Of a DNA stretch of 64,000 nucleotides, positions 1-15,209 are shown in pieces (position 1 is the stretch's first letter; every line of letters begins with the position of its first letter). The position numbers were made by a program, and so were the translations under genes. Below the pieces are notes generated by a model. The model was given only the letters and a program-made list of their open reading frames with translations, had not been told where the DNA came from and made no database searches. This stretch comes from the human T2T-CHM13v2.0 reference genome, Homo sapiens: the NCBI RefSeq assembly GCF_009914755.1, contig NC_060928.1; one strand, given 5' to 3'.

Positions 1-476
1 GGAAGCACAGCCATGAGGCGTGGTTAGGAAGCGAGTCTGGGAACCAAGCAGTCCTGTCAGAACCCTTTTACCTGAGGGGAAGTTTTCATTTTAAAAGCGG
101 TGTTGAAACAGTGGATTTTTAGGAGAAGGCTTTCAGATCGAGGGGCTGATGTGGTCAGCACTGAGCAGCTCCGGGCGGGCCTGGCCATGTGGCCAGTGCG
201 GAGCGTGTCTGTGTCCCACGCCGGCTCCGGCTGCCCCGTCTCTGTCTCCTGTGCTCCCCACGCCTGCACCCCACAGGCCCACACGCCCGTTCTGCATCCT
301 GGGGAGACCCCTGCAGACACTTTGCGGACGGCTTTCCTTTGACGCTTACTCCGCTCCGGGGGTCCAGAGTCTCTTAATGGAGTGAATTTTTGACGGCATT
401 TGGAGTACAGTGTAGTTTTTTAAATGGCTTGACAGTTTGGATTTCATGGTGCGCTATGTTCTGTTTGTGCTAAAAG

Positions 477-565
477 GTGAAACCAAAGCAGACGACAGTT
501 CAAACAAAGAGGCCGCGGAGGAGAAGCCGGAGGAGGACAACGACTACCACCGCAGCGACGAGCAG
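477..565 (+). CDS. PCGF3: PCGF3 internal coding exon ((G)ETKADDSSNKEAAEEKPEEDNDYHRSDEQ)
   Basis: Acceptor ...tgctaaaAG at 475-476 and donor GTGGGC at 566. The 89-nt exon translates to the acidic linker I recognise from human PCGF3 and joins in phase 0 to the exon at 15072. Confidence 0.96.
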
Positions 566-1154
566 GTGGGCGGGGCCCGGGGGTCGCTGCAGTGTTAGTG
601 CTCGCCGTGGAGGCGTGAGCAGGTGGGCGGGGCCCCGGGGTCGCTGCAGTGTTAGTGCTCGCCGTGGAGGCGTGAGCAGGTGGGCGGGGCCCCGGGGGTC
701 GCTGCAGTGTTAGTGTTCGCCGTGGAGGCGTGAGCAGGTGGGCGGGGCCCCGGGGTCGCTGCAGTGTTAGTGCTCGCCGTGGAGGCGTGAGCAGGTGGGC
801 GGGGCCCGGGGGTCGCTGCAGTGTTAGTGCTCGCCGTGGAGGCGTGAGCAGGTGGGCGGGGCCCCGGGGTCGCTGCAGTGTTAGTGCTCGCCGTGGAGGC
901 GTGAGCAGGTGGGCGGGGCCCCGGGGTCGCTGCAGTGTTAGTGCTCGCCGTGGAGGCGTGAGCAGGTGGGCGGGGCCCCGGGATCGCTGCAGTGTTAGTG
1001 CTCGCCGTGGAGGCGTGAGCAGGTGGGCGGGGCCCCGGGGGTCGCTGCAGTGTTAGTGCTCGCCGTGGAGGCGTGAGCAGGTGGGCGGGGCCCGGGGGTC
1101 GCTGCAGTGTTAGTGTTCGCCGTGGAGGCGTGAGCAGGTGGGCGGGGCCCCGGG
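560..1154. repeat. 57-bp GC-rich minisatellite, 10 full units plus 1 partial, overlapping the PCGF3 exon/intron boundary
   Basis: Unit gagcaggtgggcggggcccgggggtcgctgcagtgttagtgctcgccgtggaggcgt starts at 560, 617, 674, 732, 789, 846, 903, 960, 1017, 1075 and 1132. Confidence 0.97.
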
Positions 1155-1607
1155 CCTCCGGGACACTCCTGTATTAGTGCTCCTGTAATAGTGCAGTCCT
1201 GGGAGCACCGAGGGAGGGCTCACACCAGAAACCTTCCCTGGGGATGAAGGGAAGCAGTGACAGCCAGCACCCAAGGGCTGCTGTTTTCTTCCTCCCGACT
1301 TCTTCCTTTTTCTTTTTTTTTTAATTACCAGAGGAACACGTGCTTAGGGTAAAGCATGGCAGATATAAAACATGGCAGGTCAGCGGCCGGCTCTGGCCTC
1401 AGCCCCATGGCCCACGTTTTGTGCCTTTTCCTCCGGGCGCGTCTCTGTGCTCCGTGAATGTTACGTGAAAGAAAGTAAAGCCTGGCAGTGTGTTGAAAGG
1501 AAAGTGAGAGTGAACGTCGAGGGCCTCTTCGTGTGTCATTTACTGTATTACCAGATGAAGACAGAAAAACTACACGGTCACAGAGATGCAGTAAAAGAAT
1601 TTGATGA

Positions 1608-3535
<1,928 letters not shown>

Positions 3536-6500
3536 AGTCTTTGTAAGCGCATTTCCGGCTGTGTTTCCTGTGTGCTCCTGGCTGCTCCCTGCGGACTTTG
3601 ATGAATAATATTTTCACTGGCATTCATTTCTAAAGAAGCTGTAATTTCATCAGAGTTCCTTTTTAATCGAGAAGTTTGTTCTGAAACATTTGAGTAACGT
3701 GGCCTTTTTGGGTTCCATCCACTCCTCTTTCTAGTCTCCTCCCCGGGCGGTCAGGGAGTGTTGTCTACACGGATCTCTGCCTTGGGGGATTGAGATCTTC
3801 TTGCTTGTTCACTTGGGTGCAGATTTTCCAGGGGTCCTGGGGTGATTTTCCTTTGGCTGAGTTTGCTGGTTGGTGTGGTGGGTAAACAAGCGGACCCCGG
3901 GGGCCAGTTGCCCACGTCCTGCTCTGCCTTTAGCCAGGGTGTGGCCCTTCACAAGTGACCTACCTCTGCCTCAGTTTCTCTGTCTGTGGCGTGAGGTGGT
4001 GGTGAGATTGCCTCGAGGTTTTTATGAAGATTAAATGATTTCCTATTTGTGAGGCACTTTGAGGTGTTAAGTTGAATGAATGAGAAACAAGCAGGCAGCC
4101 TGGGAGATTGTGAACTCCGACATCCAAGTCCGGTCGTTTTTCTTGTGGATTCTTGTTTTCTCCGTGTCTCTGTAACCTCGCGGTGTTGCTTAGGAGCCGT
4201 GCTGCTGGCTATGCAGGCTGATGGTTCTTACGTAGTTTTGATGACTTGCACCTTTTGCCAGTGTGGATTCTTTTTTTTTCTTTTTTCCTGTTCAGTGTGT
4301 TTTCGCTCTAACCCCCGATTCTCTTGTACTAACATCGCTACAGTTGCTGTTGGTCTCTGCTTCCACCCTCCCTGTCATTTGTTTCAGCTGTGTTACGGAG
4401 GCCTTTGCTTTGCTTTTTTGCACACATCTCAGGTTCTCTTTGATAGGAGAGTTTAACCCGTTGTCTTTGTTGTGAGAATACATTTTTTCCCCTCTCCATG
4501 AGGGCTTGGATCCGGTTTTGGTGTCTTCTTTCTCTGCTCTAATGGTTTGGGAATTTTGCATTCTCTTTCTGTTCTTCTTGTGGCTGCCCTTAAACTTGGA
4601 TTCCGTGTCCGTTTGTGGGATTATCCGCGTCTATAACTTCGTGATGAGTTCCTGATCTCCGTCTTCCAAAACTTGGGAAGTCATCCGAGGGTTTGTTCCA
4701 GATTGTTTTGGGTAATTTTAAAATTTTATTTCACACTAATTTTATTCTAGGAATCGCTTCTTCATCTTACTGAAGTTTTGATGCGACGTTATAGTTATTT
4801 AGGCTTAACGGGAGGTTGCATGGGTTTTGTGGCCGTTTCTGGTGTCTTCCTGGTGTGTTTGGATTTGTGCTTCGCCACGTCCGCACGTCACTTCTGAGCC
4901 CAGTGCGGTGGCCCCTGAGCTCCTGCCGGTCACGGGCTGTGTGTTGTCCCCCTCACACCAGAGACAGTCGTTTCTTCTCTTAACTCTTAAGCCCTCCTCA
5001 GTCACTCGGATGAACTGATTAAATTCTGTGCTTTTAATACTAAGCATTAAAAAAAAAAAAACATATGAGGGAAGCACCTGCCACCCACGCCCATGTTTCT
5101 GCTCTCAGCCTTGTGCCCTCCCCCGGTGGCCCCTCCAAAGGGCATGAAGCTGTGGATGCTGTGCCTGTGCCTGGAGGCTCTGGCCCTCCCACCCCTGGCT
5201 GGGCTCCAGCTCTAGGTTTGTTCAGCAGCCAACTCAGAGCAGCCGAGGCTCAGGGTGGCATCAGCCGGCCGCGCTGGCTTCACAGCCGACCTCTTCTCCA
5301 TCATCTGACGGGCGCAGGCCCCCTCGCTGCCACCCCCACTGGTGGGCACTCAGCCTCAAGGCACAGGCCTCCTGGGACTGGTGGCTCCTCTGAATCTTCC
5401 TGAGAGAGGCAAGTTTAGTCATCGCTGAGCAACGCAAAAGCGTGTCGGGTTTATTTACTCACAACGATGTCTTCTAAACCAAAAATACTTGACGGGGCCT
5501 TTCTTTCTGTTTTCCGAGGGAGGGGATGGGGATCCTCCTGGAAGATGGTGCCCCCTGCACAGGTGAATGGCGTTTCCCACACTTGACCTTGGGAGTTTGG
5601 AAACTGGCGAAGCGGCCTCTTCCACTGCCCTTGCTGTTCCCTCCTGAGGTCCCTGGTCGTTCTTTCTCCTCTCAGTTCTGCCTCCCGCAGTCCCTGCATC
5701 TGCCACCTTCTCTGTGTGACCCCATTCCTTTCACAGCCAGAAGCCTCTTGGTTAGCCTCAGGTGACTCATTTGCTTCACAGCTGTTTTTTGCTCTCATCT
5801 TTTTTTAAGTATAAGCCATCGGTCTGTTTAATTCCAGAACTCTCCTTTCTGGAGCCTGACTTCTTTGGGAGCAGCCGGCGGGTTTCATGGATGCACGGCC
5901 ACAGCTGTTCCGCTCTTTTCCCCCAGCTGCTGCTTCCAGAGCCTGGCTTTGCGTGGGCATCCTGAGGCCTCCGGGGACCGGGCGGGCAAGGGTGGGGTTT
6001 GTGGATAAGGAGTGAGGTGGGGGACGGGCCTGCTGCCCTGAGCTGGGGTCCTGAGTGTCCGCTGGGACTCGGGGGTGGGGTGCCATGCAGTCTTGGGGAT
6101 ACAGGGGCTCTACATGGACTTCGACCCCTGTGTGTGCAGCCTCCTCCGGTTCCAGGCCCCCGGGGTCTTCCCACCAGACTGAGGCTGGGCAGACGGGAGG
6201 GGCCCGCGCGTGGCTGTGACCCCGCCAGGGCAACCCCAGAGATTCCCGCCGCCTTCAGGCCCCTGTCAGATCCAAACACTCGGCCTCCGCCCATCTTCGT
6301 TTTCAGAGCCTCGGGATTGCCAGTGCCCTCCTGGTGCCCGTCTGTCCAGGGCTCTTCTGAACACGTCCCTGATGAAACTCTTCTCTCACTTCAGTAGGCT
6401 TTGTCCTCTGTCGAACCACAAAGGTTTGTGTTTGAGATTAGCTCCATTACCTGGATAGTGGGAGACAGATCCCGGCCCTCACTGGAGGCCCCTCTGGGTG

Positions 6501-6619
6501 CTGATGGCTCACACACCTGAGCTGCCAGGTGGCCCAGGAGAGGGCATGGGCACCTTCTCTCCCAGAGCTGACAAGCCCCGGAGCAAATGGCAAGGAAGTT
6601 AGAACAGAACTTTAGAGCT

Positions 6620-7360
<741 letters not shown>

Positions 7361-9334
7361 ACCTTCTACGAACCCTACATTCAGCTTCCCTTGGAGCGAG
7401 CAGCTGCCCAGTGGACTTCAGGGGCGTTCTGGGTCCTGGCAGGAGTCGCCTCCGTCTTTGGTGGTCCTGGCACCCACAGACCCAGTGGGACTGCAGGGCT
7501 GGTGTGGTCTCTGCTCATCTTCGCTCGTGCAGAGTTAGGAAACCCTTACCGGGCCTGTTGACTTGGTGGGTGTGATGTCCCAGCACCAGAAACAGGGGAA
7601 ATGGCTCCTATACCCTGAGCAGGCTGGGGGTTCTGGTGTGGGGTCCCTGCCGCCCTCCAGAGGCTCCAATGGCTCTTGTGTCTGGAGCTGGAAATGTGGT
7701 TTGTTTTCACTCCTCCGAGTTGTGCCTCCCTGGCCCACTGGCTCCTGTCCGCACCCTCGGGCACGCGCTGTGCTCTTGGGACTTCACACCCGAGAGCCGG
7801 TCACCTGCTCCTGCTGCACGCCTGCTGGAAGTGGGCTCTGCCTGCAAGGGCCTCGCAGCCGGCGTGGTGAGGGTTGGCTGGTGGGGAGCGGAGAGCCCAC
7901 CCATCCAGGCCAGAGCCCCTGGAGGTAGAAGGGGCGGAGGGTAGAAAGAGCCTCTCCTGGACTGTAGAGGTGAGGCAGGAGGTAGTGAGCTGGGACCTGG
8001 TGCCAGGCTGCCCCACGTGCCGTGGGTGGTGAGTCCGGGGCAGAGTGAACGGGTAAGGCTGGAGGTGAGGTTGGGGACCTTGGGGGCCTATGGTGAGAAC
8101 TTGCTGTTCACCCAGAGGAGGGAGATGAGGCAGTTGGGATGTGAGATCGGGGTGTGCTGTGGGATGCAGCCTGGCGTGGCTTTATCCCCAGAGGGTTGCC
8201 ACTTAGCGCAGCTGCTCTGCAGTGAGCTGCCTGCACGGCCAGGGTGGCCATGCGGAGACCAGGCAGGCGTCTGAGCCAGAGGCCCAGGCAGGTGGCGGTG
8301 CGGGTGCAGCACTGGGTTTGGGGCATATTTAAAAGGGAGGGAGCCTGCAGGATTCGCTGGTGATCCAGATGCAGATGGCAGATCTTGGGCTCTTTTTCAC
8401 TTCCAGGTGGACAAGGAGCTCAGTGTTCCCAGGCAGGCCGATGTGTAGCCATAGACAGCGACAGGTCTTTCTGCAGTGCCCTCTTTACAATCAGAGTTGC
8501 ATTTCGAGGTGTGTAACGTACCCGCTTGATGGTGACTGCTGTGTGCACACAGGCCCGCGTGGTGTCGCAGAGCACACGGCGTTGTGTGCGTGGCACGTGT
8601 TGTTACGCTGTGACTTTTTTACACTTAATTTCCCATCTAATACTGGAGACTTTTAGGTGGTGACCAGCCCATCACTCTTCTAAGACATTGCACTTGTCCC
8701 CCTGGGCAGGTGTGTTCCACGGTATCTGTGTTATTTCTGATTCCAGTCTCCTGTGTGTGGGGTGTCCAGCGACTCATCGCACGTCTCTGGGCTCCTCTGC
8801 GTGTGAGTTGCTTACTTGTTCTTTGCCCATCTCTGTCCTGGGAAGACTGACTTTTCCTTATGTGAGCTGCAGGGCTACCTCCTCCCTCGCCGCCCCACGC
8901 TCACTGCAGGGATCGTCTTTCCTTCTGCGGCTGTCGGCTTTCTTCGACCTATCATCATCCACAGTTTTAAAATTTGACATAATTAAATGTATCGGTATTT
9001 TCTTCTGAATCTTAAAAATGTTTCCCCATTCTAAGGTCATAAATACATTCTCTTACATTGTCTTGTAAAATATTTTAAAGGTTTGCTTTTTAGTTGGGTT
9101 GTAAGCCCCTGCAGTTGACCTTGTGTGTAGAATGGACAAGGTGGAGTTCAACTTTGCCAAGTTTCCACACTCTCAGGTCCCCCTGGGCTCTCTGCTCTGT
9201 TCCGCTGGTCTCTTGTCTCCCATTGTGCCAAAACAACAAGGAACTTACTGAATTGCAATGATTTATTTTACCATTAAGTTGTGGTCTTCTGGGAGAGTAC
9301 ATACCCCTCCTCATTTTTCTTCTTCAGAATTGTC

Positions 9335-9933
9335 CTTTTTTTTCTTTTTTTTTTGGAGATGGAGTTTCCCTCTTGCCCAGGCTGGAGTGCAAGGCCTGAT
9401 CTTGGCTCACCGCAACCTCCACCTCCCGGGTTCAAGCGATTCTTCTGTCTCAGCCTTACAGAGTAGCTGGGATTATAGGCACATGCCACCATACCCGGCT
9501 AATTTTTTGTATTTTTAGTAGAGACGGGGTTTCTCCATGTTGATCAGGCTGGTCTTGAACTCTTAACCTCAGGTGATTCACCCGCCTCAGCCTCCCAAAA
9601 TGCTGGGATTACAGACGTGAGCCACCGCCGCACTTGGCTTTTTTTTTTTTGAGATGTAGTCTTATACTCTGTCGCCCAGGCTGGAGTGTGGGGGTGCAAT
9701 CTCGGCTCACTGCAACCTCTACCTCCCTGGTTGAAGTGAGTCTCCCACCTCCGCCTCCTGAGTAGCTGGGATTACAGGCACGCACCACCATGCCCAGCTA
9801 ATTTTTGTATTTTTATTACAGACGGGGTTTCACTATGTTGGCCCGGCTGGCCTCGAACTCCTGACCTCAAATGATCCACCCGCCTCAGCCTCCCAAAGTG
9901 CTGGGATTACAGGTGTAAGCCACTGCACCCGGC
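9335..9933 (-). mobile_element. Two tandem antisense Alus
   Basis: Alu consensus motifs with poly-T tracts at ~9335 and ~9639. Confidence 0.9.
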
Positions 9934-11308
9934 TCTTTTCTAAACTCTAGAGTTGAACATTCCTTTAGTTTCCAGCTTCATAATTTGGTTCTTATTAAAA
10001 TAATTCTAGAATTTTCATGTTTTTTTTAACCAGCTTTCTAAATTGTGTTACATGCACATAAAATATGCCATTTTAACCATTTTCAGGTGTGTGGTTCAGT
10101 GGCCTTGGGTACAGACCCAGTGTTACACAGCCACCACCACCACCATCATCTCCAGAGCCTTTTTATCTTCCCAAACTGAAGCTCTGCCCCCATTAAACAC
10201 TCACTCCCCACCCCGCTCCCCCAGCAGGGTTAGATCGCAGAGGGGCCTGCCGGGGGCTCTGAGGTGATGGAAACCATCTGAGACTGCCATGGCGATGATC
10301 GAGAAAGTCTGTGAATTTACGGAAAATTATTGCATTATATACATAAAAGAGGTGTGTGTAAACTGTGCCATAATAAAGCCTAAAAATTAGAAGCATGCTT
10401 GTAACTTAGTGTATTTAAATAGGTAATTCGTTCAGTCCTGAGGTTAGTATTATTGAAAAGGTTTAATTTTGTTCTCATCTCTGCCGCTGTCTGTAGTGAC
10501 CTATAGAGAACCACTGTGATCACCTCCTGTATGTATGCAAATCTGAGCAAACGTAAACATATTTTCTTCTTGTTTTCCTTCCACAATCCCCCCCACTCCC
10601 ACCCCCGCCCATGTGTGTCTGCGTTTTCCCGCAGGTGCATGCAGGCCCGCGTTCATCTGTGCAGCCCTTCCTGCTGCCCTGCGGGCCCCATGCACTGCAG
10701 ACCCCGCTGCCTCAGACCTGTGCCTGCGTGGCTGGCACACCTGTTCCCTGAGTCGGAGACGGCGGCTGCCTGTTGAGGGCAGGGTGCGTCCGCTGCTTAT
10801 AGAGACGTGAAGCCCACCATGGCCATTCTGTTGGCGTGCGTTTGTCACCAGCTGTGTTCCCGTATAGAAACGTTTCTCGTCTTTGGGGGGCTTTTTCCTC
10901 ATTAAGCTCTATTTCTTAAAGTCCCATGACATACTAATCTAGCTATGCCAGCTTTCTGTTGGTGAATACTTGTGTGATATTTCTGTTCTTAAAATGTCTT
11001 AAATGTGACACTGTTTACAACGTAGAGCTAGGTTTTTTAAAAAAATCAAACTTTTTTAGCTGGCACGTTACCTTACACATTCCACGATTTTCCATGGAGG
11101 ATGTGAGTTGGTTCCTGCTTTATTTTTTTATTTTGCTCTTTTCGTCAGTTTTTTCCTAATGCTTCCTTCCTCCCTGTTGTCTAGTGAATTAGTAACTTTC
11201 TTTAATCTCTTTCTTTCTTCCTCTGGTTTGCAAGGTATAAGCTCTACTTCTGTTATACTAGTGGTTACAAAATGTATAAACTATTTACATTTTTAGAAAT
11301 CCAAAGTT

Positions 11309-11613
<305 letters not shown>

Positions 11614-11699
11614 GTCCAAAGTCACTGTAAGTCTGTGCCCCTCCCTGCACAAGCACCCCCACCGCGGCTCTCACCGGGCACCCCCTTTCTCCCTGCTTC

Positions 11700-13790
11700 T
11701 CACTTCTTCCGCCAAACTCCAGGTCTTTCTCCCCGCGCGGCCCCTCTCCCGAGTTCTTCTCGCTCCGGACTCCAGGTCTTTCTCCCCTCGAGGCCCCTTT
11801 CCCGAGTTCTTCTCCTTCCGGACTCCGGGTCTTTCTCCCCGCGCGGCCCCTCTCCCGAGTTCTTCTCCTTCCGGACTCCGGGTCTTTCTTCCCGTGCGGC
11901 CCCTCTCCCGAGCTCTTCTCGCTCCGGACTCTGGGTCTTTCTCCCCACGCGGCCCCTCTCCCGAGTTCTCCCTCCAGACTCCGGGTCTTTCCCCGCACGG
12001 CCCCTCCCCCGAGTTCTTCTCCATCCCGACTCCAGTTCTTTCTCCCCGCGCGGCCCCTCTCCCGAGTTCTTCTCCTTCCGGACTCCGGGTCTTTCTCCCC
12101 GCGCGGCCCCTCTCCCGAGTTCTTCTCCTTCCGGACTCCGGGTCTTTCTCCCCTCGCGGCCCCTCTCCCGAGCTCTTCTCCTTCCGGACTCCGGGTCTTT
12201 CTCCCCGCGCGGCCCCTCTCCCGAGTTCTTCTCCCTCCGGACTCCGGGTCTTTCTCCCCGCGCGGCCCCTCTCCCGAGTTCTTCTCCTTCCGGACTCCGG
12301 GTCTTTCTCCCCGCGCGGCCCCTCTCCCGAGTTCTTCTCCTTCCGGACTCCGGGTCTTTCTCCCCGCGCGGCCCCTCTCCCGAGCTCTTCTCGCTCCGGA
12401 CTCCGGGTCTTTCTCCCCGCGCGGCCCCTCTCCCGAGTTCTTCTCCTTCCGGACTCCGGGTCTTTCTCCCCGCGCGGCCCCTCTCCCGAGTTGTTCTCCT
12501 TCCGGACTCCGGGTCTTTCTCCCCGCGCGGCCCCTCTCCCGAGTTCTTCTCCTTCCGGACTCCGGGTCTTTCTCCCCTCGCGGCCCCTCTCCCGAGCTCT
12601 TCTCGCTCCGGACTCCGGGTCTTTCTCCCCGCGCGGCCCCTCTCCCGAGTTCTTCTCCTTCCGGACTCCGGGTCTTTCTCCCCGCGCGGCCCCTCTCCCG
12701 AGTTCTTCTCCTTCCGGACTCCGGGTCTTTCTCCCCGCGCGGCCCCTCTCCCGAGCTCTTCTCGCTCCGGACTCCGGGTCTTTCTCCCCGCGCGGCCCCT
12801 CTCCCGAGTTCTTCTCCTTCCGGACTCCGGGTCTTTCTCCCCGCGCGGCCCCTCTCCCGAGTTCTTCTCCTTCCGGACTCCGGGTCTTTCTCCCCGCGCG
12901 GCCCCTCTCCCGAGTTCTTCTCCTTCCGGACTCCGGGTCTTTCTCCCCGCGCGGCCCCTCTCCCGAGTTGTTCTCCTTCCGGACTCCGGGTCTTTCTCCC
13001 CGCGCGGCCCCTCTCCCGAGTTGTTCTCCTTCCGGACTCCGGGTCTTTCTCCCCGCGCGGCCCCTCTCCCGAGTTGTTCTCCTTCCGGACTCCGGGTCTT
13101 TCTCCCCGCGCGGCCCCTCTCCCGAGTTCTTCTCCTTCCGGACTCCGGGTCTTTCTCCCCGCGCGGCCCCTCTCCCGAGCTCTTCTCGCTCCGGACTCCG
13201 GGTCTTTCTCCCCGCGCGGCCCCTCTCCCGAGTTCTTCTCCTTCCGGACTCCGGGTCTTTCTCCCCGCGCGGCCCCTCTCCCGAGTTCTTCTCCTTCCGG
13301 ACTCCGGGTCTTTCTCCCCGCGCGGCCCCTCTCCCGAGTTCTTCTCCTTCCGGACTCCGGGTCTTTCTCCCCTCGCGGCCCCTCTCCCGAGTTCTTCTCC
13401 TTCCGGACTCCGGGTCTTTCTCCCCTCGCGGCCCCTCTCCCGAGCTCTTCTCGCTCCGGACTCCGGGTCTTTCTCCCCGCGCGGCCCCTCTCCCGAGTTC
13501 TTCTCCCTCCGGACTCCGGGTCTTTCTCCCCGCGCGGCCCCTCTCCCGAGTTGTTCTCCTTCCGGACTCCGGGTCTTTCTCCCCGCGCGGCCCCTCTCCC
13601 GAGTTGTTCTCCTTCCGGACTCCGGGTCTTTCTCCCCGCGCGGCCCCTCTCCCGAGTTGTTCTCCTTCCGGACTCCGGGTCTTTCTCCCCGCGCGGCCCC
13701 TCTCCCGAGTTCTTCTCCTTCCGGACTCCGGGTCTTTCTCCCCACGGCCTCTCTCCCGAGTTCTCTCTCCAGACTCCCGGATCTTCTTCC
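11700..13790. repeat. 53-bp CpG-rich, pyrimidine-rich minisatellite, about 39 units, in a PCGF3 intron
   Basis: Unit ctttctccccgcgcggcccctctcccgagttcttctccttccggactccgggt (e.g. starts at 11831 and 11884), with interspersed variant units. Confidence 0.97.
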
Positions 13791-15071
13791 CGCTCACATT
13801 GTCCCTCTCCCGTGATGCTTGCAGGCGGCCTCGCTCCATCCCACCCCGGAGCAAGGATGTCTCTTGCTTTTTGCACAGAATCCACTTATCTCCCCAGTGG
13901 CTCTTGCGGGGCCTTTAATGGGCTGTGCTCAGTGACTGCACCGTGTCAGAGTGGGTATTTCTTGTATTTTGGATTCTTTTGCTTCCTGAATCTGAGGACT
14001 GCCCTTCACTGTTGTGGGAGATCCTTAGTCACTGTTTCTTAACACTTCCTTTCCTTTCTGTTCTTCCCTTTGGGGCTCCCGTCTTCTCCCCTTTCTCTTA
14101 GCCTTCCTTTTATTGTTTGAATTGGTGTGTTTATCTCTACTCCTGATGGGTAACTTCCTCAAGTGAATTTTTTTTTTAGGACATTAATCTGTCCTCGGCT
14201 GAGAAGAATCTGTGGTTCAGCCATCCACTGAGATGTTAGTTTCCGTGAGTGTTTTTATTTTTAGAAATTGTATCTGATTACCTTCAATACTTGCCCGTCT
14301 GTACCCCTGGTGTCCTCCCTTTTGTATCTTTTGTAATTTTAGACATACATGTTTCAGTTAACCCCCTGTCCATTCTTCCACTGCATTTTTAGGCCCTAAC
14401 TGTGCTGTTTGTTGCGGCTCCACCTGTAGAAGCGTTTGCCGTGAGCGTCGCCCTTCCTTGTCAGGCACATCTTGGGGGCCAAGCCGGCCGGGCCCTTGGG
14501 TGAAGCCTCGTCCTGGGCAGATTCCTTTTCGCACCGGGCAGGGAGCCCGTGGCTGCTGGGACTCCACAGTCCCCTTAACAGTCACTTTTTATCCTGCGGC
14601 CAAACTGCTGGTCACCTGGAAGGCAGCTGTGACCTTCCGCCTGTGGCCCTGCTCAAGGCTTCTCCCTACTGTCTTCCTGCAGTCGCTGCTGTCTCCCCGA
14701 GTGCATTCGCAGACACGGGGCCGCCCACTCCCCTTTGCGCCATGTTTGTCCGGACAGGCTTAGCTGGAGACCAAGAACCCAGTGCCTGCGATGGATAAGT
14801 AACTGTGGGATTAACTCTCAACTATTATGTTAATAACACAGAATTAACAGGGTGAGGTTATAGTTCACAAAATGGCAAGCAGACGATAAACAGGTTTTCA
14901 GATAAGGTATGTAAGATTCTTTTTCTGCAGTGTTGAAGTCAAAGCAGATGTCTGATCTCAAAAAGGTCAGCAGTCCTAGATTGAGGAATTAGTGAAATAT
15001 GTCTAAGGAAGCCTCCAGAACCGTCCGGGGGAACCCTCCTGCTGCGCTCTCACCAGCGTCCTTTCCCGCAG

Positions 15072-15209
15072 GTGAGCATCTGCCTGGAGTGTAACAGCAG
15101 CAAACTGCGCGGGCTGAAGCGGAAGTGGATCCGTTGCTCAGCCCAGGCGACCGTCTTGCATCTGAAGAAGTTCATCGCCAAAAAACTCAACCTTTCATCC
15201 TTTAACGAG
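15072..15209 (+). CDS. PCGF3: PCGF3 coding exon (VSICLECNSSKLRGLKRKWIRCSAQATVLHLKKFIAKKLNLSSFNE), start of the RAWUL domain
   Basis: Acceptor ctttcccgcAG, 138-nt open frame, donor GTAACA at 15210. Matches the PCGF-family RAWUL motif (WIRCSAQATVLHLKKFIAKKL). Confidence 0.97.

Noticed and set aside
477-1056. ORFs 477..713 and 730..1056
   Set aside because: Wrong frame of the PCGF3 exon plus translated minisatellite.
560-1154. CRISPR-like array (also the arrays at 11.7 kb and 28.2 kb)
   Set aside because: These are head-to-tail repeats with no unique spacers and no cas genes, in human DNA.
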